DNA of 64,000 bases from Gaiellaceae bacterium. GTDB taxonomy: Bacteria > Actinomycetota > Thermoleophilia > Gaiellales > Gaiellaceae. The notes beneath the pieces were generated by a model. The model was not told where the DNA came from. It searched no databases and was given only the letters and a program-made list of their open reading frames with translations. The DNA lies in contig DASRCE010000002.1 in the NCBI GenBank assembly GCA_035653275.1, positions 13,267-77,266 of the forward strand, written 5' to 3'. The translations under genes and the position numbers were made by a program. The stretch's first letter is position 1. Each line of letters starts with the position of its first letter. Positions 35,150-45,437 of this stretch are shown here, piece after piece.

Positions 35150-36244
35150 ATGCGACGCCTCGCGCTGCTGCTCGTCCTCTGCGCGCTCGCGCTCCCGGCC
35201 TCGTCGCGCGCCGCCGCCTGCTCTCCGCTGAACTGCGCGCCGAGCCAGTTCGCGCTCGCCCACGGCACGATGCTCGCCGTTCGCGGCGACGCCTACAAGC
35301 CGCTGCGCGTGATCGACCTGCGGAGCGGCCGGACGCTGTGGCGGCTGCCGCCGGGAGTCGTGACGGGCGACGTGCTCGTGCACGCGGACGGCGACCTCGT
35401 GACCTGGTTCGACGCGGCGCGGGGGCCGCGGATCGGCGACGCGATCCTGCAGCAGCACGCGCGGTACTCGCTCGTCGGGACGTCGCAGGACGCGCAGACG
35501 GCGGTGCTCGCGCGCACACAGCACGGCTCGACGACCTTCGCCCTCGTCACCCGGACGGACCAGCGGCTCGTGCGGCTCGCCGGCCGCGAGTGGCAGTTCG
35601 ACGCGCTGAACGGCCGCTACCTGTACCTGATCCGGACGCTGGAGTACGGCTACCAGGTCCGCCTCTACGACCTCGCGACGGACACGCTGCGGCGGCAGCC
35701 GCTCAAGGACCCGCACGAGAGCGCGCTCATCCAGGGCATCCCGTTCGCGCGTGCGTCGTCGCCCGACGGGCGGTACCTGTTCACGCTCTACGTCGGCTCG
35801 AACGGAAACGCGATGGTGCACGAGCTCGACACCGCCGCCGGCTCCGCCCATTGCGTCGACCTGCCCGGCGACGGCGACTTCAACGCCGCGATCACGTGGG
35901 CGCTCGTCCCGGACGCGAACGGCGGCACGTTGTGGGCGGTCAGCGTCGGCTACGGCCGCGTCGTCGCCGTCGACGTCGCGGCGCACGCCGTGCGGTCGCG
36001 CTACTCGTTCCAGCGCGCGACGTGGACGTCGAACGCCGGCGTCGCGGCGCTCGCGCCCGACGGGGAGCACATCGCGGTGACCGACGCGCAACACACCTGG
36101 TTCGTGAACCTCGCCGACGGGAGGGTGCGCCGCGGCCCGAGCCACGTCGCGATCGCGCTCGGCTTCTCGCCCGACGACCGCCGGCTCTGGGTGGTCGGCG
36201 AGCGGAGCCGCGTCAGCGCGCTGCCGGTGCGCTGGGCGCGCTGA
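35150..36244 (+). CDS. Secreted beta-propeller-like protein
   Basis: Signal peptide MRRLALLLVLCALALPASSRAAA and SPDGRYLF/APDGEHI repeat motifs. Divergent from the ECF sigma gene. Confidence 0.7.
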   Translation: MRRLALLLVLCALALPASSRAAACSPLNCAPSQFALAHGTMLAVRGDAYKPLRVIDLRSGRTLWRLPPGVVTGDVLVHADGDLVTWFDAARGPRIGDAILQQHARYSLVGTSQDAQTAVLARTQHGSTTFALVTRTDQRLVRLAGREWQFDALNGRYLYLIRTLEYGYQVRLYDLATDTLRRQPLKDPHESALIQGIPFARASSPDGRYLFTLYVGSNGNAMVHELDTAAGSAHCVDLPGDGDFNAAITWALVPDANGGTLWAVSVGYGRVVAVDVAAHAVRSRYSFQRATWTSNAGVAALAPDGEHIAVTDAQHTWFVNLADGRVRRGPSHVAIALGFSPDDRRLWVVGERSRVSALPVRWAR

Positions 36245-37439
36245 CGGCGGCCTCGGTCGCCTCGGCGATCTCGCGGACGACCTCGACGATGTCGCGGTTC
36301 GCGTTCCACACGCGGAGCTGCCGGTCGGACCCGTTGCCGCGCGCCAGGATCTCGCGCACCCCTTCCAGCTCCCGCTCCGACCCGAGCTCGCGCGCGTGCG
36401 GCTCGACGTCGCGCAGCGTCCGGCGGACCAGCTGTGCAACGGGGACGCGGTTGCGGCGACCGGTCGCGAGGTCCATCACCGGCGCCTCCAGGCCGTAGCG
36501 CGCCGCGAGCCACTTGTTCTCGGTGGTCAGCAGCCGGTGCCAGCTCGGGATCTCCTTCCCGGCGTCGTAGAGCTCGCAGTACATCTTCACGATCGCCTGG
36601 AAGTACGCCGTGATCGCGATCACGTCCTCGAGCCGCGTCACGGCGTCGCAGACGCGCATCTCGAGCGTCCCGAGCCGCGGGTGCGGCCTGATGTCCCACC
36701 AGATGTGCGTGTAGTCGGCGATGCAGCCGGTGCGCTCGAGCTGGCCGACCACCTCGGCGTAGTCGGCGTAGTCCTTGAACCGCGGCGGCGGGCCCGAGCG
36801 CGGGAACGCCGCGAACACCATCTGCCTGCTCGACGAGAGGCCGGTCGGCTCGCCGCGCCAGAACGGCGACGACGCGGAGAGCGCGAGCATCTGCGGCAGG
36901 TGCACCAGCAGGCCGTTCATCACCTGGATCGCCTTCTCGGGATCGTCGACGGCGACGTGCATGTGCATCCCGAAGATCAGCTCGCGCCGGGCGACGTACT
37001 GCAGCTGGTCGACCAGGTTCCGGTAGCGGTCGCGCGCGGTGATCCGCTGGCGCTCGAACAGCGAGAAGGGGTGCGTGCCCGCCGAGCCGAAGCGGCACCC
37101 CTGGTTGCGCGCGATCTCGGCGACGTACCCGCGGAGCTGCGCGAGCGACCGCATCACGTCCGACGGCGTCCGGCACACCGGCGTCGTGACCTCGAGCACC
37201 GACTGCATCAGCTCGGCGTTGATCCGCGCCTCGTGCTCGCCGCGCTCGACCGCGGCCAGCACCGAGTCGATGTGCTGCACGAGGTCCCACGTCTCCGGGT
37301 CGAGCAGCATGTACTCCTCCTCGACGCCGAGCGTGTACGGGTCGCCTTGCCCGAACGAGTGGTCGAGGACGCTGGCCTCGCCGACGCGCTCCGCGACCGA
37401 TCCCTTGCCCGTGATCGAGGACGGGTAGATCTGCTTCAC
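36213..37439 (-). CDS. ybdK: Carboxylate-amine ligase (GCS2/YbdK family)
   Basis: LGVEEEYMLLD, HMHVAV, and the WWDIRPHPRLGTLEMRVCD motifs. GTGA overlap with ridA. Confidence 0.88.
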   Translation of the reverse strand: MKQIYPSSITGKGSVAERVGEASVLDHSFGQGDPYTLGVEEEYMLLDPETWDLVQHIDSVLAAVERGEHEARINAELMQSVLEVTTPVCRTPSDVMRSLAQLRGYVAEIARNQGCRFGSAGTHPFSLFERQRITARDRYRNLVDQLQYVARRELIFGMHMHVAVDDPEKAIQVMNGLLVHLPQMLALSASSPFWRGEPTGLSSSRQMVFAAFPRSGPPPRFKDYADYAEVVGQLERTGCIADYTHIWWDIRPHPRLGTLEMRVCDAVTRLEDVIAITAYFQAIVKMYCELYDAGKEIPSWHRLLTTENKWLAARYGLEAPVMDLATGRRNRVPVAQLVRRTLRDVEPHARELGSERELEGVREILARGNGSDRQLRVWNANRDIVEVVREIAEATEAAVSAPSAPAAR

Positions 37440-37822
37440 GGCGGAAGTATCACCGCTTCCGCTTCGATCTCGACCAGCCAGCGCGGGTCGAGGAGCGCGA
37501 CGACGACGCCCGTCGTGGCCGGTCGCACGTGCGCGAACGCCTCGGCGTGCGCGCGGCCGACGTCGTCGATCAGCGAGGCGTCCGTGACGTAGATGCGCGT
37601 CCGGACGACGTCTTCCATGCGTGCGCCCGCCTCGCGGAGCGCCCGCTCGATTCGCTCGAGGCAGACGCGCGCCTGCTCGTACGGCCCTGAAGGCGGGTCG
37701 GCGTCGTCCTGCATGATCGGCGCCGTACCCGAGACGCAGACGCGGTCGCCGACCCGCACCGCCCGCGAGTAGCCGAAGCGCGCCTCGAGCGACGTGCCGC
37801 TGGATAACGTTCTGCGTTCCAT
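37436..37822 (-). CDS. RidA/YjgF family protein
   Basis: 128 aa with SGT...RVCVSGT...RIYVTD...VEIEAEA. Confidence 0.88.
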   Translation of the reverse strand: MERRTLSSGTSLEARFGYSRAVRVGDRVCVSGTAPIMQDDADPPSGPYEQARVCLERIERALREAGARMEDVVRTRIYVTDASLIDDVGRAHAEAFAHVRPATTGVVVALLDPRWLVEIEAEAVILPP

Positions 37823-37843
37823 GCGTCGCTAGTCTCGCCGCTC

Positions 37844-38638
37844 GTGGACGCGCTGCGCCAGGTCGACGCATGGCACTGCGACCACGCGGCCGTGGCCGTC
37901 ACCGGCGCGGCCGAGGCCTCGTACGGCGAGACGGCGCGGCGGTTCCCGTGGGCGTCGGTGACGAAGCTGGCGACTGCCGTCGCGATGCTGGTCGCGGCCG
38001 AGGAGGGCATCGTCGACCTCGACGAGCCGGCCGGGCCGCCGGGCTCGACGTTCCGGCACCTGCTCGCGCACGCGTCGGGGCTGCCGTTCGAGCGCGGCGC
38101 GCCGATCGCGCGGCCTGGCACGCGGCGCGTGTACTCGAACTACGGCTTCGAGGTCGCGGCGGGCCTCGTCGAGGAGCGCGCGGAGATGCCGTTCGCGGAG
38201 TACTTCGCGCACGTCTGGCGAGGGACGTCCGCCGTGCTGCGGGGCTCGGCGGGCTCGGGCGCCGAAGGAACGCTCGACGACCTCCTCGTCGTCGCCCGCG
38301 AGCTGCGGGAGCCGACGCGTGTGGCGCGCGAGACGCTCGACGAGGCGCGAACCGTCCAGTTCCCGGGCCTCGCCGGCGTGCTGCCCGGCTTCGGCCGTCA
38401 GGACCCGAACGACTGGGGGCTCGGCCTCGAGCTTCGCGATGCGAAGTCGCCGCACTGGACCGGCACGCGCAACTCGTCCGCCACGTACGGGCACTTCGGC
38501 CGGAGCGGGACGCTCCTCTGGGTCGACCCCGAGGCGGACGTCGCGCTCGCGTGCCTCACGGACCGCGCCTTCGGCGAGTGGGCAGCGGCGGCGTGGCCGC
38601 GGCTCGCCGACTCAGTGCTCGAGGAACTCGAGCAGTAG
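37844..38638 (+). CDS. Serine hydrolase (beta-lactamase family)
   Basis: SVTK (SxxK), YSNYG, HFGRSG. Confidence 0.85.
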   Translation: MDALRQVDAWHCDHAAVAVTGAAEASYGETARRFPWASVTKLATAVAMLVAAEEGIVDLDEPAGPPGSTFRHLLAHASGLPFERGAPIARPGTRRVYSNYGFEVAAGLVEERAEMPFAEYFAHVWRGTSAVLRGSAGSGAEGTLDDLLVVARELREPTRVARETLDEARTVQFPGLAGVLPGFGRQDPNDWGLGLELRDAKSPHWTGTRNSSATYGHFGRSGTLLWVDPEADVALACLTDRAFGEWAAAAWPRLADSVLEELEQ

Positions 38639-39187
38639 CGCGTTCAGCTCGTCCGGCGCGTCGAGGCCCACGAGATGCCCCGCCCCCGGCACGGTGACGA
38701 GCTCCGCGTGCGGGATCTCCTCGGCGAGATGTAGCGCGATGGCGCGAAAGTCGGCCTTGTCGTCCTCGCCGACGACGACGAGCGCCGGAATCCCGAGAGA
38801 CGCCAGGGGCGACAGCTCCGGCCATCGCACCTCCGGCTCCTCGTGCGCGGACTGCAGCTCGAAGGCCCGCCTCTGCTGCGGCCGCACCTCGTCGTGGTGC
38901 TCCGGCCGCACCCAGAAGTCGTGGTTCACCTGCGTCGCGCGCTCCAGGTCGCCGTCGTCGAACGCCCACTCCGCGACCATCCCGCCGAACGAGTTGCCGA
39001 CGAGCGCGGCCGGCAGGTACGAGGCGACGGTCTCCACGTACGAGAACGGCTCCGTGGGGAGCGGCGTTCGGCCCCAGCCGGGGAGGTCGGGCGCGACGAC
39101 CTCGAAACGCGGCGAGAGCGCGTCCACCTGGCGCCGCCACAGGCGCGAGTCGCCGAGCGCCGAGTGGAGGAGGACGACTCTGGTCAT
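38612..39187 (-). CDS. Alpha/beta hydrolase
   Basis: GNSFGG nucleophile elbow and a C-terminal GAGHLV. ATGA overlap with the upstream lipid kinase. Confidence 0.85.
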   Translation of the reverse strand: MTRVVLLHSALGDSRLWRRQVDALSPRFEVVAPDLPGWGRTPLPTEPFSYVETVASYLPAALVGNSFGGMVAEWAFDDGDLERATQVNHDFWVRPEHHDEVRPQQRRAFELQSAHEEPEVRWPELSPLASLGIPALVVVGEDDKADFRAIALHLAEEIPHAELVTVPGAGHLVGLDAPDELNALLLEFLEH

Positions 39188-40023
39188 CTCGCCGGCAGCA
39201 GGATACGGAGCGCGCGCGGCTCGATCCGGAACTCGAGCGGCGTGGCCAGCACCTCCGGCTCGCCGTCGACGGCGGCCGAGAGCCGGTGCGAGCCGGCGTC
39301 GATCCGCAGGCTCTCGCAGCTGCGCTCGGCCCATCCCGACCGCAGCACTCCCGTCGCCGCGTAGACGTGGAGCAGGCCCTCGTCGAGCCGCGCGCGCTCG
39401 CCGAGCGAAAGGACGCTCAGCTCGTAGCGGTTGTTCGCGACCAGCACGACATGCGCGCGCACCGGCACGCCGTCGAGCGTGATCGTCGTCTCGCGGTGGC
39501 TCGCGACGGCGGCGAGGGCGCGGACGCGCGCGAGCGCGTTGCGGCGGCGCCGGTGGTGCTCGCGGCGATGCACGAGGCCTGCGTACACGCCGAGCGACAC
39601 GTTGTTGAGGAAGACGCGGTCGTTCACGCGTCCGACGTCGATCCGGCGCTCGACCCCGCCGTCGAACGCCGCCAGCGCGGCCGCCGGGTCGCGGCGGTCC
39701 AGCCCGAGATCCCGGGCGAAGTGGTTGCGCGTCCCGTACGGGACGCAGACGAGCGGCAGCCCGCGCTCGATCGCCACGGCCGCGACGGCCGCCAGGGAGC
39801 CGTCGCCACCCGCCATCCCGAGAACGCCGGCGTCGGAAGTCCGGGCGACCTCGCCGGCGTCCTCGTCCGGCGCGAGCGCGTGGGTCGCGATCCCGCGCGC
39901 CGCCGCGGCCTCGAGGAGCGCGTCCGAGCCCCCGTTCCCGGACCGCGGGTTCACGAGCAGGAGCGGTGGGCTTTCCCTGCCCGGAAGATGGGCCGAACGG
40001 CTCATGCGCGACGTCCGGCGCAC
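39184..40023 (-). CDS. Diacylglycerol kinase family lipid kinase (YegS/BmrU-like); start 40023 or 40005
   Basis: GGDGS and GTRNHFARDLG motifs. Confidence 0.85.
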   Translation of the reverse strand: MRRTSRMSRSAHLPGRESPPLLLVNPRSGNGGSDALLEAAAARGIATHALAPDEDAGEVARTSDAGVLGMAGGDGSLAAVAAVAIERGLPLVCVPYGTRNHFARDLGLDRRDPAAALAAFDGGVERRIDVGRVNDRVFLNNVSLGVYAGLVHRREHHRRRRNALARVRALAAVASHRETTITLDGVPVRAHVVLVANNRYELSVLSLGERARLDEGLLHVYAATGVLRSGWAERSCESLRIDAGSHRLSAAVDGEPEVLATPLEFRIEPRALRILLPAR

Positions 40024-40039
40024 CGCCGATCATCCTGAC

Positions 40040-40189
40040 ATGGACGACCGCGGCATCCTCCACCGCATCGAGGACGACCTCTGCGAGACGTGGGTCGAGG
40101 ACCTGGCGGCGCACGGCGTGCAGTCGATCGAGGCGTATCTGGCGAAGCACCTCGCCTTCCTGACGTACCTCGACGACGCATCTTCCTAG
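40040..40189 (+). CDS. Small hypothetical protein (49 aa, or 61 aa from the ATG at 40004)
   Basis: Strong GC3 bias: MDDRGILHRIEDDLCETWVEDLAAHGVQSIEAYLAKHLAFLTYLDDASS. No family recognised. Confidence 0.45.
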   Translation: MDDRGILHRIEDDLCETWVEDLAAHGVQSIEAYLAKHLAFLTYLDDASS

Positions 40190-40222
40190 TTTCGAGCCGC
40201 GAGCGGCGGGAACCCGGCCCGC

Positions 40223-40756
40223 GTGGCCGAGTTCAAGCCGACCTACCTCGTTCGGGGGTTGCCGGGGCATCCGCTCCATCCTCCACTGACCGACGCCACC
40301 ATCGGTGCGTACACGTTCGCGACCGTCGCCGCGATCCTGTCCGAGGCGGGGGTGGCCGAGCACGGCTTCGCCCAGGCGTGGTGGCTCGGGCTGGTGGTCG
40401 CCCTCGTGTCGACCGTCCTGACGGCGGCCGCCGGGCTTCTCGACTGGCTCACGATCACGTGGGGGAGCGAGCTCTGGAAGACCGCGACCGCGCATGCGCT
40501 CGCGAACGTCACCGCCGGCGTCCTCTTCCTGCTCGCGGCGGTGTTCGGGCACGGCGGTTACGTCGACCGCTCCGTCACGACCGGGGGGTTCGTCCTGACG
40601 CTGCTCGGCTTCGTCGTCCTGGCCGTCGGCGGCTGGCTCGGCGGCGCGATCACGTACGTGCACGGGATGCGCGTGCTGAGCCTCGTCGATGAGCCGGCGG
40701 CGAAGGCCGCGGCGCCGGTCCCGTCGGACGAGAAGGTCGCGGCCGCGAAGGGTTGA
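40223..40756 (+). CDS. DUF2231 domain membrane protein
   Basis: HPLHPPLTDATIG N-terminal motif and four TM helices. Confidence 0.8.
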   Translation: MAEFKPTYLVRGLPGHPLHPPLTDATIGAYTFATVAAILSEAGVAEHGFAQAWWLGLVVALVSTVLTAAAGLLDWLTITWGSELWKTATAHALANVTAGVLFLLAAVFGHGGYVDRSVTTGGFVLTLLGFVVLAVGGWLGGAITYVHGMRVLSLVDEPAAKAAAPVPSDEKVAAAKG

Positions 40757-40762
40757 CGGGGG

Positions 40763-41077
40763 CTACGCCTCCGCCAGCCCCAGAGCCCTCTCGAGCGAGC
40801 CCTTGGGCATCGCCCCTACGGCCGACGCCTGCGGCTGCCCGTTCTCGAACAGCACCATGAACGGGATCGACGCCACGCCGTAGCGCTGCGCGAGGTCCTG
40901 GTGCTCGTCGATGTTCACCTTGACGAGCTTCACCTGATGCTCGTCGGCGATCCGGTCGAGGACGGGCGACACCGCATGACACGGCCCGCACCACTCGGCC
41001 CAGAAGTCGACGATCACCTTGCCGTCTTCCTGCAGGACCTCGATCTCGAACGTCTCGCTGGTTGCAATGGTCGCCAC
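40763..41077 (-). CDS. trxA: Thioredoxin
   Basis: WAEWCGPC active site; 104 aa; GTG start preceded by AAAGGAAG. Confidence 0.95.
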   Translation of the reverse strand: MATIATSETFEIEVLQEDGKVIVDFWAEWCGPCHAVSPVLDRIADEHQVKLVKVNIDEHQDLAQRYGVASIPFMVLFENGQPQASAVGAMPKGSLERALGLAEA

Positions 41078-41117
41078 TGTCTTCCTTTCGGTCAGTCGTT
41101 CTCCAGGATCAAAACGC

Positions 41118-41145
41118 GCGAGCGGGGTCGGTTCTTCCCGCTCGC
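41118..41145. promoter_or_regulatory. 9-bp GC-rich hairpin GCGAGCGGG-N10-CCCGCTCGC in the trxA/ileS divergent region
   Basis: Read directly from the sequence; ends 15 nt before the ileS-like ATG at 41161. Confidence 0.4.
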
Positions 41146-41160
41146 TACTCTCACCAAGCC

Positions 41161-44199
<3,039 letters not shown>

Positions 44200-44205
44200 G
44201 CCGCG

Positions 44206-45189
44206 TCAGTTTTGCCGCTCGGCGAGCGCGAGCTCGCGGCGCAGCTCGACCGGGAGGCGGAACTCGACGTCCTCCTCGACGAGCCGGTACGGCTCGATGT
44301 CGTCGACACCGCGTGCGCGAAACCATTCGCACACCCGCTGGACGAGCTTCTCCGGTGCCGACGCGCCGCTCGTGATCCCGACCACCTCGACACCGTCGGT
44401 CCACGACTCGTCGATCTCGCTCTCGTCGTCGATCAGGTACGCCGAGATGCCGCCCGCGCGCGCGACCTCGACGAGGCGGTTCGAGTTCGACGAGTTGCGA
44501 GACCCGATCACGAGCAGCAGGTCGATCTCCGCGAGCATCTCCTTCACCGCCCACTGGCGGTTGGAGGTCGCGTAGCAGATGTCCTCCTTCTTCGGCGCGC
44601 GGATCTCGGGGAACCGCGCGCGGAGCGCGGCGATGATCTCGGCCGTCTCGTCGACCGACAAGGTGGTCTGCGTGATGTACGCCAGCTTCGTCCCAGCGGG
44701 GAACTCGAGCCGCTCGACGTCGCCGGACGACTCGACGAGCACGATCCGGTCCGGCGCCTCGCCCATCGTGCCGATCACCTCCTCGTGGCCGCCGTGGCCG
44801 ATCAGCACGATCGTGTAGCCGTCGGCCGCGTACCGCCGCGCCTGCACGTGCACCTTCGTCACGAGCGGGCAGGTGGCGTCGATCGTGCTGAGCCGGCGCG
44901 CTGCGGCGTTGTCGTAGACGGCCGGCGCGACGCCGTGCGCGGAGAAGACGACCGTGGCGCCCTCCGGCACCTCGGTCTCCTCGTCGACGAAGATCGCCCC
45001 CAGCGCCTCCAGGTCGCGGACGACGTGCAGGTTGTGGACGATCTGCTTCCGGACGTACACCGGCCGGCCGTAGAGCGAGAGCGCCTTCTCGACCGTCTCG
45101 ACCGCGCGCTCGACCCCGGCGCAGTAGCCGCGGGGCGACGCGAGCAGCACCTTCCGCACCACGGCGCCAGGGTAGACGGTGTCAGACAC
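44206..45189 (-). CDS. ispH: 4-hydroxy-3-methylbut-2-enyl diphosphate reductase
   Basis: LASPRGYCAGVERAV, VHN, TCPLVTKVH, and the SSNSNRL motifs. GTG start at 45189. Confidence 0.95.
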   Translation of the reverse strand: MSDTVYPGAVVRKVLLASPRGYCAGVERAVETVEKALSLYGRPVYVRKQIVHNLHVVRDLEALGAIFVDEETEVPEGATVVFSAHGVAPAVYDNAAARRLSTIDATCPLVTKVHVQARRYAADGYTIVLIGHGGHEEVIGTMGEAPDRIVLVESSGDVERLEFPAGTKLAYITQTTLSVDETAEIIAALRARFPEIRAPKKEDICYATSNRQWAVKEMLAEIDLLLVIGSRNSSNSNRLVEVARAGGISAYLIDDESEIDESWTDGVEVVGITSGASAPEKLVQRVCEWFRARGVDDIEPYRLVEEDVEFRLPVELRRELALAERQN

Positions 45190-45206
45190 TCTTGGTGTCT
45201 GACACC
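45178..45206 (-). promoter_or_regulatory. 12-bp perfect hairpin pairing the ispH 5' UTR with its start codon and first four codons
   Basis: GGTGTCAGACAC (45178-45189, the coding start) is complementary to GTGTCTGACACC (45195-45206), with a 5-nt loop. Confidence 0.5.
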
Positions 45207-45215
45207 GGGAACCGA

Positions 45216-45265
45216 CACGAAGAAGCCCGCTGCTCGGGGGGTCGTCGCAGCGGGCTTCTGTCGTG
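45216..45265. other. Strong 13-bp (extendable to 18-bp) GC-rich hairpin with a 13-nt loop in the ispH leader region
   Basis: AGAAGCCCGCTGC (45221-45233) pairs with GCAGCGGGCTTCT (45247-45259). Flanking CACGA/TCGTG extends the stem. No U-tract on either strand. Confidence 0.5.
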
Positions 45266-45437
45266 ATCGCTCACCGCGGCATGGCCAGGAACGCGCGCCG
45301 CGGTTCGCATCGCCCAGTGCGCGGGACGCTACCGACGCGCGTTCGCGTCCGGAATAGGCCGAGCGGCCCATCTTTGAAAGAAGGGCGCGTACGCATCCCG
45401 CGGAATACCATTCGAGCACCTCGGACGGGGGAGCCCA

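Noticed and set aside
41078-41160. Actinobacterial translational T-box upstream of ileS.
   Set aside because: No GGUGGUACCGCG-like T-box sequence or specifier loop was found in the 83-nt leader. The GGTGGGTACC string at 32409..32418 is part of an unrelated palindrome.
45216-45265. 6C small RNA or an intrinsic terminator.
   Set aside because: Only one of the two nearby hairpins has a C-rich loop, whereas 6C RNA needs two. Neither strand has a U-tract after the stem, so I list it only as an unexplained hairpin.
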